DNA from: Cenococcum geophilum
Taxonomy: Eukaryota
Reading direction: 5' to 3'
Assembly: GCA_050273025.1 (NCBI GenBank)
Contig: CP158635.1
Coordinates: 24,056,001-24,120,000 of the forward strand
DNA length: 64,000 nt
In this document: piece by piece, positions 50,901 to 63,099 of the stretch
Position numbering within the stretch: position 1 is the stretch's first letter
Layout: every line of letters starts with the position of its first letter
Made by a program: the position numbers and the translations under genes
Notes under the pieces: generated by a model
What the model was told of the DNA's origin: nothing
Seen by the model: the letters and a program-made list of their open reading frames with translations, nothing else
Database searches by the model: none

Positions 50901-52850
50901 CTAAGCCTTATTAGCAGCCTTATATTCGTTAAATTAAGGTATATAAGAGTATAGATTATGCTAATATAGATTAGCAGCGCTAAGTGTAAAGAATAGAGAC
51001 CCGCTCTTAATATTCTTAGCATAAGCCGTAAGCTTATTTCTTTTCTGCCTCTAGTAAGGTCTAGTGCCCTTAAGGTTCCGTATATACCGTACAATCTTAT
51101 TTAGCAACTAGCTACCCCTATTGCCATTTATAAGATTACTAAGCTTATTTAAAGACAGATTATTCTTATTTAATCAGCCGTAGAGGAAGCAGGTGGCGTT
51201 AAGGGCTTACTTTCTTATAATTTAATTAAACACATAGTAGCGAAATAAGGGGTGGCGGCCAAACCAACCGTCCTAATACTTAAGTATATGCTTAGCGTAC
51301 GCAGCTAGGGTAATTATACGGCTTTATAGCATGTTAAAATCGGCTTTACTATAAGGAAACAGAGTAGAAAAGGCGCCGCGTATAATAAAACTAGCTGATC
51401 GCTTAAAGAGAGGTATCTGTCACACAGTAGGAACCTTTAGGCCCACTTATAGGTCTTATTAGTATTAAACCTTGCGACCTAAAAGCTCTAATTTATTAAG
51501 GTTAGGCACTAGATTAGGAACCAAAGTATCTAGTATATCGTTATTAAATTCGCCGTCCGGTATATTACTGCTAAGCTTAGCAGGTAGAGGATTAACAGCA
51601 GGACATTATATAGGAGCAGTAGGGTAAGCCGTTAGGCCACTAAAATTAGACTCTAACTTATTAATATAAGGTAGCTGATCTAATATAGAGCCATTATCGG
51701 GTAAGCTAGTAAGCTAAGTGCTATATATTTTAACGTTATAATAATTAGGATAATTGACCTTTAGAAAGTAAAGCCATAGTAATATAGCAGAGCGCCTTAT
51801 AGTATACCGCTTAGTAAACCGCCAACTTAGGTATTCGCCACCCTTTACTACTATAGGCCTCACGACCAGTATATTAAGTTTAGTAGGTAGCTATAGTAGC
51901 TGCCTCTAAGTCTTTAGTATATTCTAGCCAAAGTAGCAAACATAGCCAGTATAGCGATATTATTAGCCGCGTATACGCACGACTTGCAGATAAACGTATA
52001 CGCGCGCAATTAGAAGCTCCTCTACCGCGGTAAGTATAGGTAGGAAGCCAGGAACAGGCCCCGGATTGAGCCTATTGCTTTCACCAAACAGGGGAGAAAG
52101 GGTTAGATCTTTAAGGCTATCAGCGTCCTTAATGCAGGCTTTATATATACCTATATTATTACCCTCCGTAGCTAGGCCCATTTAGAACCACTACTCCTTA
52201 TAACAACTGCACGTCTTTATACATTTAGCCTGTAGTATACTCCTAAACTTCTTAATTTGCTTCTAATTAACAGCTAAAACGGGTAATAGTATGGCCGTAG
52301 TTAGAGTAGAAGTAAGTATTAGCGGTAGAGTAGGTATAGGAGCTAGTTCCAATAAGGACGTATTTAGGCTATTTAGTGTGCCTCTTCTACTATATAGAGC
52401 TTTATCTATGGTATATAGCGGAGGAGTAGGCAAGTAAGCTTTACCCCACTAATTAAGAATGCGGTACTCCCGTTATATTGCCCTAATTATCTTCCGCCAT
52501 TAAGCTATTTTAGGGATATCTTAGCTATTCTAGCCGCAAGGCAGGAAGGCGTTCTTAATATTATTTCTAGGTAGAGTAGTTCGCTAGCGCCTTACAGAAT
52601 AATTCTTAGTAGTAGAACCTAACTCTATAGGAGCTCTCCGCTTATCTAAATTATATTTAAAGGCCTAGAAAAGTAAGTAGAAGTAGAAGTAGTATATAGG
52701 GAATACGCGCCTTTAACCGACATAACTGGCATAGCTTTAAAAGCTTCTTTAAAGGGCCATCTTTAACAAAGTTAAGGTGGGGCTTATAGATACAGCACCT
52801 GCTACACTTAATTACAGTAAGGTCTGCTATATTTACGGTATATATAGTGG
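47960..52850 (-). pseudogene. Rep (HUH endonuclease)-PIF1 helicase transposase of the Helentron
   Basis: LTAVEELLIARVYVYLQV (DUF6570-like, ~52000). DFWSRYEW*V*GSGYIYSFLW (EWQxRGSxHxH after RIP, 50720-50783). YIGKY (~50255-50270). Walker A GTGK (~49238-49250), ILNEK (Walker B), GDFH*LPP and RQFLITLAFTLTVYKA (PIF1 motif V, ~48135-48190). Confidence 0.9.
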
Positions 52851-53135
52851 TATTAATAGAGATATTAACAAAGACGTTAACAAAAAGGTACGTATATAAT
52901 ATTTTAATGTTCTAATATTTTAATGTTCGTCACGTGAATTCTGCCACAACTTACTACTATATCTTTTTTGAACCAATTAGAAGCTAGCTTAGCAAAGTTT
53001 GAATTTTAGGACCCAAAAATATAGACCACTCGTACCTCGGGTCAATAAATTACCACTATTAGTTAGAAACGGTTATATTTATTAAAGCCATAAAATAGCG
53101 TTAAATGGCTATTTTCGATTAACTCTATAGAAGTA

Positions 53136-53542
53136 TAAGGGGGTAACCTAAGCGGGCTGCCGCCCTCCCTGCTAGCGCTGGCGTGGGTTTAGGCCAAATA
53201 AATTATAGCTCTTCGTATTATAAATGCATACAGAAGCCACTAGAATAGAAAGATAATATAAAACAACAGATGGAGAGCAAGAGACCCTATATCTTATATC
53301 CTAAAATACTAAATCTTCTTCGCCGGCGAATTACCCTAATTTAAACCCAATTAAGAATATCTAGAGGCTGTTAAAGGGGAGAAGATAATAGAGGTTTCCT
53401 ACAAGTTAGGGGGTACATAGAGGAGGAATAACGGAGTATTAATACTAAATAAGCAATCGTTTTAATGTGGCGATGTGGCAATATAAGCACTAGTAGGAAG
53501 CACTAGCAGGGAGGAGGGCAGCCCGCTTAGGTTACCCCCTTA
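53136..53542 (+). mobile_element. Internally deleted Tc1/mariner element (~410 bp, MITE-like)
   Basis: ~43-bp TIRs (TAAGGGGGTAACCTAAGCGGGCTGCC... / ...GGCAGCCCGCTTAGGTTACCCCCTTA) flanked by TA. Internal PANYPNLNPIKNI*RLLKG is RIPped SPDLNPIENxW. Confidence 0.88.
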
Positions 53543-53599
53543 TACAGCGGTAAAGTAATTGCATAGCGCTAGCAAGGGGCCCCCGGCCACCTCTTACTT

Positions 53600-55000
53600 T
53601 ACCTAATTAGGTAATATTAATTAAAATAAAGCTCCTATAGTCTCTATATACTCTAATACTTTATAAAACGTCCCTTTGCATCTATTACTGCCTGACAACG
53701 CGCCTTTATACTATTAATAAGCTCCTAAAACTCAAACGAGCCTACTTTATCCTATGCATCCTTTACTGCCGCCCGTAACTGATTATAGCCCATATTCTTA
53801 GGGTAGTAATCTTAAAGGTAGTTCTTTATAATATGCCAGACCCTCTTAATTAGGTTCAAATTAGGTAAGAATAGAGGCTAGAAAATAACAATAATTCCTT
53901 ACCTAAGCTCTTTATGAGTCTCTCCTACTGTGACGGCTCGTACAAATGCCTCTGAACCGAAGCTTGTAGAATGCTATCTTATAAAGATACTAAGCTAAGG
54001 AGCAGAGAAGGTCGAGGAAAGGACACGTCTATATACAGGCGCCAAGTCTCCAAGCGAGCCCCTAACTAGGGTCTGTAACGGTGCCGTGACACCTACTGCG
54101 TAACTAGGAGCTTTATCTTATATAAGAATAAGACGTATTCCTTAACGTTTTATTAACTTAATATATCCATAGATTACCGGCACAGTGTGTGCATAGTAAG
54201 ACTCTTGGTTTATTAAACCCTAATCATTCTCCTAAAATATACTAGGCCCTTATATATGTGTAAAAAAACAACACTAGAATATCCGTCCCTTCTTTCTTTG
54301 GTGCCTTTTAATAATATATATAGGATCCCACTCTTTACCAGCTCGTTAAGTAACCTAAGTTTGGGTATACCTTCCTCCTATAATCTAAGTCTTATTAGTC
54401 TAAAGGATCTTATACCATTACTTAAATATCCAATTAATATGCTTAACCGCCTAGTTATAACGAAGTATTCAATTATTTTCTATAATTGGAGGCTTTCGCA
54501 TAGCTAGACGACGATAGAATCCCTCGCGGAGTAGAGCCGTACAAATAGCGTCTTTCTTTACTCCCTAATCCACAACCTCCGCTAGCTTTTGGAAAGACAT
54601 TTACAGATTTATAGAGGAGGCACACACGAATTTAACCAGCTTTTTAACTTAAGCTTAAGTAAGAATAAAAGGCCGGCCAGATCGCTTTTAAGGAGTAGCT
54701 TTAACAATAGCAGTTCGAATTTAAGATAGGGTAGCCTGTGTTTGTCTATGGATCTGCAAATAGGACCACCTAATTAAGTAGAGAAGCTAGATATCGCGTC
54801 TTTAATCACACGTTAAATGGCTAGCTTTTGGGGGTCAAATTGAAGGGTATGGCCTAAGCCCAAAAGGCTCTAGAAGAGGAAGTGGAATGGTATCTAGAGC
54901 GGAAGACATTTTAAGAGATAATAGAGCATTAACCCTGGTAGAGAAAGGTTAGGGAGTCGATGTCGACGCGTCTTGAGCTGTGTTTTGGGTTCCAGGCTCA
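53600..55000 (-). mobile_element. Second, interrupted Tc1/mariner transposase relic
   Basis: Minus strand: RRLAMRKPPI, *YKIL*TNKT* (WxKILWTDETW), RAGKEWDP and F*PLFLPNLNLIKRVWHIIK (WPxxSPDLNPIExVW, ~53825-53888). Other sequence intervenes around 53900-54200. Confidence 0.75.
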
Positions 55001-55699
55001 ATATTACAAAGCTTCAGATATCTAAGAGACGCTACTTAATTAACAATCTATAAGAGATAGAGGCCGTACTACAAGAGAAATGGGATAAATTAACCCCTAC
55101 CGATTAGAGGGCGTGTATTAAGAGTATAAGGAAGCGTTACGAATTAGTAATTAAATCCAAGGGAGGCTTAATCAAATATTAGAGCTCTGCTACACTAAAA
55201 CATTCTCTAGATACAAATCTATTATATATTTAAATTGCTTCAGGATTGCTTGCCAATTGCTCACAGAGTCCTCTGCCAAAATAGGTGGGGTAGACGTTAT
55301 CGATTGGCGTTTTTAGCTTCGGCTAATCACTTTCTGTAGGTGACTGTACATCTGATACCGGTGTTCATGCACGGGCCAGCCTGGCGTTGCGCCTCAACTG
55401 GTTAGGGGGTACTTTTGCACCCCATCTTCAAAATCCTCGGTTCTCCGCTCCAGAGGATGCGTCAAGGAAATAGCAACGCCTGCGACCTCTACATCACGTT
55501 CCGCCGCTCGTGCTGCCGCGAGTACCCTCCCAAAGATCTGGCCGACATGATTGAGGGTATTCCTGGCCACCATATAGTAAACTGATGGTGCGCCGTTCTT
55601 CTGTAAAAGTCGATTAAATCTACGTAGCGAGTCGGTTTCTCGCTAATCGCCATACTTAGGGAGGGAGGTTAAAGAAAAGCGTGAGGTCCTCCTGCTAGT

Positions 55700-56918
55700 G
55701 TCGCAGCGCCAAGCACGAGTCGTTATTCAAGGCGGCTTACGCGTAGCGTATCAATGTTTAATTACTGGTTTATATAGCTTATGACCACTTATCCTTGTTT
55801 TAAACTGCGCAAATTTCGCCACGGACGGTGAGGCGGATGGGAGAGCGGTGTGGTTGACAGTCGTGCACAGCGTCAGCTGCTGGCTGTCTAGCTCGTTGTG
55901 TTCAAAACCTGATCCGCAGTCGCCTTCGGTAATGGAGATGCCGAATTTGTCACCAACAGCTTACTCGGAGAAGGAGTTGTCTCGGAGCCGGGACTTTGAG
56001 CTGGGAGGGCCGTCGTCATCACCTTGCTCGGGAGCATTGATATAGTCTTGATGCCATGGCAGGGCGCCCATTGGAACTCCGGGTGAAGCTAGTGATGGCA
56101 GTGCTGGGATTGTACCTGGAGTCGGCTCCCCTGGAGCCGGAAGCGAGCTATCGGGGCTGGACGACGAGGCTTGGTACTGCTCCTCATCTTCCTTGTTGTC
56201 AATGACAGGAGGCAAGGCTGTGCTAACCTGGAACTTGACCTGTTTTGCTTTCTTGATGGACTTGTCGAGCTTGCCGTCAGGATTGGAGGTCAATGCCGGT
56301 CGAAGATTCTGAACCGAAGAGTGCGGTGTGATGGTGGCATTGACAGGACGCTTTCCCAATGCAACTTCGCCGGAACCGTCGGAGAAATCTGATACTATAT
56401 CAATACACTAACAGCAGGGGGTGGTGGAACCTATCCTATACCTGAGATCGATGAAGCCGGTGTCATCGACAGCGGAATCCTCCCCTTTCCTCGATCACGA
56501 GGAGAGTTCACACCGCCACCGAACCTCGGGCGCGTATTCACCAGTGCCTCGAATGTCGAGTGACGATACGCATTCTCGCCGGGCGGTGGCTGAAGCGGCG
56601 GACGCAATCCATCGCCATCAGGGGAGGAACCGTCCATGACGGAAGTGATGGATAAGTCGCTCGAGCTGCCTCGACGCTCAACAAGCTTGCTCAATCCCGG
56701 TCTCCTTGGACCGAGTGTTCGACCCTTGCGATTCTCGTTACGGATACGATGGTGCATATCCACGTCTCGGTGAGCTTGACTAAGTGTGTGAGGACGTGCT
56801 GGTACTCCTCGCAGTTTTCCCCTATACCCGCAGCATTCTCTGCAGCTTGGGCCTGAGCTTTGCTGTGCTCCTGGGCGGCCTTTTTGGCCTCGCGGACGTT
56901 GTTGAAGATGGAGAACAT
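55700..56918 (-). pseudogene. Degenerate hypothetical gene (low-complexity Ser/Pro-rich protein)
   Basis: Starts MFSIFNNVREAKKAAQEHSKA...YQHVLTH and continues in shifting frames (56763-56431, 56359-55961) without clean introns at every switch. GC-balanced and coding-like. Confidence 0.5.
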
Positions 56919-57605
56919 AGCGGTATTAGTTCTTGGGTATGAGCTGTGGGGAACAATTGCGGGAGCGGCGGGCGATTAACCATTGGGACGGACATTGGCC
57001 TTCTTTATACCCCTTCCCGTCTCAAATGCTGGTGAGACGTGCAAATCTAGATCTTCATCGTTGCTGTGGAAGTGTGGTTGTGCGAGACGTGTTCGCGAGA
57101 CAGTTTTAATTGTCCGCTGCTTTCATTATAGAAACATCAGCGGGTGAGGAGAGACTCAAGTGTAGATCTGGGGACGATCTGAATTTCGGCTGGTTTCCAA
57201 GTTATCAGAGACTTTAGCACGTACATGGACATGTAGAGGACACCATATTGAAATTCTAGGCGTCCGTGTCGACAACACATTGAATCTCTGCCCTGTAGCT
57301 TCCCGAGACAAATGATAGTGCGCCTCAGTGATACTGGGTCAGATTACCGTCGAGAGGTGAAGAAGGCCTGGTACGTTTCGTGACCCCTCTGAGATCGTCT
57401 GCTGGATATCTTTGCGCCACTCAAATCGAAACAACGTATGGCTTGGGTCAGCAAGTTCAATTCCTTTTAGATCTGTAGTCAAGACAAGCCTCGAGGTTGC
57501 AGAGTATCGACATCTCAGGTGTTACATAATTCATCTATCGAATTCGAATTTTTCTCTATTCCGGCCGATTCCCAGACAGGACCCCTTGTGGTACTAGCTC
57601 GGCTT

Positions 57606-60197
57606 TCATAACTTGTTCACGAGCCTTCGTTCGTCTCTCAACGCCTTGAGACCATCTATCGCCGTCTGCAGTGGCACCAGATCCCCCTTGGACTGTGTAG
57701 ATACGTCATCTCGATTGCGGATATTCACCGTGCGACTATCCCGCTCCTGAGCACCGACGACTGTGCCCTGTTAGTTCATCAAACCGACCGATAGAAGACT
57801 ATTTGTGACTTACCAAAGATGAAGTTGTACTGTTCAAGCTGTCCAGTACGGATCTTCTTCTGGAATGTGTTGCCGCTAAGGTCGACGTCGACATACATCC
57901 GTTGCTTTTTGAAGATGTTTTGCACTTCAACCGCATAATCGTTGGCTGCGGGCATCACAGGCACCACAAGGATCTGTCGAGGACTCAACCAAAAAGGCCA
58001 TTTTCCAGCCAAGTGTTCAGTCAGGATGGCAATCATCCGCTCGAAGCTCCCGAAAATTGCTCGATGAATCATGACCGGACGAGCGTAGCCTTCGGGAAGG
58101 TCTTCGGATGCCGGCGCGACGCTATCGCTGCTGCCTTTCGCGGTGGCATATCTGAGCCGGAATCGCTGGGGAAGTTGAAAGTCAAGCTGAATTGTGCCGC
58201 ACTGATGCTCGCGCTTTAGAGCGTCGGTGAGGGCCACGTCGATCTTTGGGCCATAGAAAGCTCCATCGCCGGGATTCTCTGACCATGTAGTACCGAGTGA
58301 CTGAGTGAAGGTATTCAAGGCGGCCTTCAGCTTGGCTTCAGCATCGTTCCAGGTTTCGATACGACCCAAGTACTTCTCAGGTCTCGTAGACAACCGGAGC
58401 TTGTACGTGAACCCAAAAAGACCGTAGACTGAGTGAAGAAAGTCGAGGATGCCACGAATCTCGTCTTCAACCTTCTGGAGTTTAGCCTAAATTCAGTTGG
58501 GAAAAGCTTTTACTCACCTGTTCAAGGGCGCAGAAGATATGGGCGTCGTCTTGCTGTGCGAGGTCAGTGGGTGGGGCGTTTGGATAAAAGGATGACTTAC
58601 AGCGAAGCGCCGCACTCGCGTCAGGCCAGAGAGCGCTCCGGAGTACTCGTTCCGATGAAGCACGCCAAAGTCTGCCATCCGCCAAGGGAGATTCCGATAT
58701 GAAACCTCGGACAAGGAGAAGATCTTGCAATGCCCGGGGCAATTCATCGGTTTTAGCCCATATTTCTCTTTCTCAACTTCGAATGTGAACATATTTTGCT
58801 CATAATGATCCCAATGTCCAGAGGTTTTCCAAAGGTCAGATTTGTAGATGTTTGGCGTGATAACTTCATCGTAGCCTCGCTCGAAATATGCTGATTTGAG
58901 AAAATCCAGCAGAGCATTGTAGATTCGTGCTCCATGCGGTAGAAAGAAACAAGAACCAGGCGAAACTTCATCAAAGAAGAAGAGTTTTTGGTCTGTACCG
59001 ATTTTTCGATGATTCCTCTTTGCAGCCTCCGTAAGAAATGTCTTGTATTCTTGAAGCAACTTGTTGTTCGGAAAAGCAATACCAGCGATTCGCTGGACGG
59101 ACTCGTTGTTACTATCTCCGAGCCAATATGCGGATGAGTTCTAGGAAGAGGCTAGTACCTTCACAAAATGCAAGTAAAGAAGAGCTTAGGTTTACCCGAA
59201 GAACAGAGAACGCTTTTGTTATTCCAGTATGCCGAACATGTGGTCCACGACAGAAGTCGATGAGAGAGCCGCAACGATAAACCGTACTGGTACTACCGTC
59301 TGGTACACGTTCATTGATGAAGTGCACTTTGAACTTGCTGTACTTGAACATTTCAAGGATATCGGTCTTCGTCATCTCTAGGCGCTCGAAGGGCTGCTTC
59401 TCCTTGATTATAGTACTTGCCAACTTCTCCACTGCTTCTTGGTCCTCCGATTGCACCATTTTGCTGCTAGTGTCAGCGGGTGATCAGCTATTAGAGTAAT
59501 TCGCGTACCCATCAGGAATGACCATATCGTAGTAAAACCCGGGAGGGTCTTCGGTGGGAGGCCCATTACACAGAAGACATGAGAACCTCGTCTCGGCGGC
59601 TTCTCCCAATACATGTGCAGCCGAATGCCAAAAGACCTTCTTGCCTGCGAAGGGACTGTCAGTAGCGGTTCAAGAGCGGACTGTGTCGCCTAGCCTTCGG
59701 GATGTTCAAAGTCCAGCAATTTGAGGGTACATGACTTCTCTAACGGACGATCCAAATCCCAAAGCTCTCCATCAACCTCAGCAATGATGGTCTGTTCGTA
59801 TAGGGACTTGGAAATGGTGCGCGCAATGCTAGCGGGTGTTGTTTCCCAAGCGTTGCCGGCGACGAAGCGGTCTTGAGGGAGGCGTATTCGGATCTCTTCT
59901 CGAGGCTTAGCTGTAGACTTGTTAGTTCGGAGGAATGGGCCGAGAGCTTTAGTTCTCACAAGCCGATATCTTTTTCTGCTCCGCGAGTAGACGATCAAAT
60001 AAGCTGAGGCGATGTTGGACGAAATCGGGCCCGTTGGAAGCCACGGCTGCAGATGAAGCTGGGGATTCTACATTCGAAGGCGCCGAAAGGGCTTGTTGGC
60101 TTGATCGGGGGTGCATATACGCATATGAGGCTCGGAGAGAATTCGGGAAGCAGCGATAAGGCGTTGAAGGTTTGATGTGGAAGTGAAAAGGACGCAT
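57606..60197 (-). CDS. THS1: Threonyl-tRNA synthetase, eukaryotic cytosolic type (TGS, editing, catalytic and anticodon domains), with presequence-like N-terminus
   Basis: AWETTP...[113 protein letters not shown] and WPFWLSPRQ. Ends ...ERRLVNKL* at 57606. Exons join in frame. Confidence 0.95.
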
Positions 60198-60581
60198 TAT
60201 TAGCTGTCGTATTGACTTGGTAGGTGATCACATAAAGTCACATTACCTCAGCAAGCTCAGACCATAGAATCAATTAGCGGGCATACGTATATCCGCAAGC
60301 GGATATCGCTAACCTGTTTTATTAAAAAGTCAATTCTATGGTCTAAGAGAGAGCATACAGCTCGGCCAGTGTTGCCGAAAGCTCCGTTAGTGCCCGCCAA
60401 GGCACTAAAACCTCGGCTAGTGTTGATATTTTGACTCCGACACAGCTTCACTTGGTATCGCATTACGTTCAGAGTCAATAACGCAATTATATTTCGATTA
60501 TAACGTTATTACAGCCGTTTATAAGCTTTAATTAAATACTTCCTACTATCCAACACGATTTTGAAAGAGCTCGGTAATGAT

Positions 60582-62640
60582 ATGGATGAGGTAAGTTTTA
60601 GGAGGTTATGTTAAGGTTATATTAAGGTTTTATTAAGGATCTAATGTGGCTATAGAGCCTAGAGAACCAGCAATCTGGAGTAGGAGAGGTATTTATTAAT
60701 ATTCTATCCCTATTATTATCGTGATCTAATCTAACTATATTAGTTGCCGCTAAATCCCTTTTAGCCTCTAGAGAACAACTGCGATAACTCCTATATAAGT
60801 AGCGCAGGTATATATTTAGGTTATATCTATAATCTAATATGGAATAGACACCACTTAATAGTCTAAATACGTAATTTTGTAATAAGGTAAAGTAACTTCT
60901 AGTGGTTATAAGAAGGATCTAATTAGGATATAGACCGAGAATTTTCTGTAAAATAGGAAGGTAAATGCTTTTACTAGGATAGAGATCGCAAAAAATATAA
61001 GTTATATTTTAGATAAAACTACGTTATATCTATGATTTAACCTTAATAGATTATTAACGAAGTCCTTAGCAGCCCTAGCGACTCTATACAAGATCCGGAC
61101 GCCACTATAATAGCTATATATAGCACTCCGGCGAATAGGGTAGTAGCTTTTAGGCCATATTCTAATCTAGACTTGGATAGTAGTAAGGGTGAGGGTTCTA
61201 GCACTTGTAATGCTGCTCTTTAGCTAAATACTATGAAGAGGCGTATTTCTGGTGCCCCCGCTTAATACACTAAGGTATAGTACCTTGGACTTAATAAGCG
61301 CCTAGGGTAGATTCCGTTCTTTTATATTAAGGTAATATCTAGTATATATTTAGCTTATATTTAAGATATAACCTAAATATAGCCCCGCGGCAAACATTTC
61401 CTTATTTATATTCTGCTAGAGAAGATTTTCTATAGATAGGATTATATTATTAGGAAGACTGTAAGTTATAAGTGCTATATATCTTTGTTATATCCTAGAT
61501 TTAACTATAATAGGATCCAAATGCTAAACACACTGTTTGCGCTTGGGAAAAAAAATTTGTAAATAGTTGTGGAGGATTAATTAAGCATATTAAGTCGCAT
61601 TTTCTAGTAAGATCCCAGATGTGTCTATATTATAACCTCCTTCTAACCTTAAAATAAAGAAAGGTGGAGGCTATATAATTAGGAGTATAAAGCCTAGAGG
61701 TTGAAAAGAACTAGAATTGGATAATTTAGATAGTATATTTATCTATATATCTATATTATATCCTAGATCTAACTTATTTTAGTGGCTTAGAAGATACTTT
61801 ATAGAGCTATTTATACAAAGGAGGAACTATAGGTCATATACCCTGTTAGTAAAGCAGTAAGAAAGGCTGGAATATATTATAATGGTTTAAACTAATGTTC
61901 TTCTATCTAGGATATATTGCTAATATATTTTAGCCCCCCTAGCTGAAAATGCACCCTTGATGGCTAAAGGTCATAGAAAACGTAAAGTAACTTCAGCAGA
62001 TCTAGGTATGTTATTATTTATAATCTTATTATATTATAGATCTAACCGGATTATATAGAGGAGCCAGTTAAGCAGATACGCATTATATTCTATTTTAGAA
62101 TTCCATTAACCTCTAAGGGTAAGGTAAGTTTAGGCAGTTATAATTACTATATAACTATAATCTAACTTTAATATAGCCTGATCGCGTTATAATGTTTAAG
62201 GTTATTAGCAAGCCTAAAAATTAGAAATGTTTTTTATGTAGGACCAGTAGCAAGAGTAAGTTCGCTAGTTATATTTCTGTTATATCTTAGATCTAATGTA
62301 AATAGCATGCTTATCTAACTAAGGTACGTGTATCTGGTTTAATAAGGTATACTTATAGTTTTTAATTATATTACTAATATATCTATGATTTAATTATAAA
62401 TAGAACTTCGTTTTACCTAATGTAATACTACCGGAGGTTATAGATGACTTTAATAATGGGGAGTTGTTTGATACTAAGGAGGACTACGCCGTATGGGTTA
62501 AATAGGTTAAGGCGTTCATGCATCTTAGATATATACTGGTTATATCCTAGTTATATTATAAACACTATGAAGCATTATATATGGGCTATAGAACATTACG
62601 CGGAGCATAGGCATAGCGTAGAGAATTTGGGTTAGGCTTT
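60582..62640 (+). pseudogene. RIP-degraded, intron-rich gene of unknown function
   Basis: ATGGATGAG|GTAAGT start, then at least 11 short intron-like segments ending in a GATCTAA(C/T)-type motif, then ~8-14 nt ending in AG. RIP-type composition. Confidence 0.55.
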
Positions 62641-63099
62641 CTCTTGGATATTATAATATCACTCTATCTAGGTAATTACCTTAATATAACCTCTGCCCTT
62701 TATGCTTGTAAATATAAAAATTTGTATTAACTAAGTTCTTGTTTTAATTTTCTAAGCTCTAATTCCATCTTCCGATTTTATAGTTTAATTGCTTTTACTT
62801 TAGCTTCTATATATAGAACCCAGGCTTCTTACTTATAAATATTTAATTGGGATTGCTATAGCGTTAACTGTTATAAGAATTAAGCTTATTAAGTAACAGT
62901 TATACGAAGTAAGGACTATAAGCTACTTTTATGTCCTAGATATAGTTAGCTTATAAGCTAGATATATTAAGGATATATCTAAATAATCCTACCTAACGGT
63001 GAAATAGGCCTAGGAGAGAGCGAAATCTACCTATTATTTAATATTATAATAGAGGATACTAAAAAATATTAGCTTTATAGAATTTAGTAAGATTTAGAA

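Larger units (their letters stand above)
44903..53045 (-). mobile_element. Helentron/Helitron2-type rolling-circle transposon (~8.1 kb), RIP-degraded
   Basis: Rep/Hel relic on the minus strand. Inverted repeat TTGACCCGAG (44934-44943) / CTCGGGTCAA (53036-53045). Distal hairpin ACGTTG-N6-CAACGT (44911-44928). AA (TT) at both boundaries and no TSD. Confidence 0.85.

Noticed and set aside
55370..55445. Possible tRNA-like GC-rich hairpins
   Set aside because: No convincing cloverleaf and no T-loop GTTCRA or acceptor stem.
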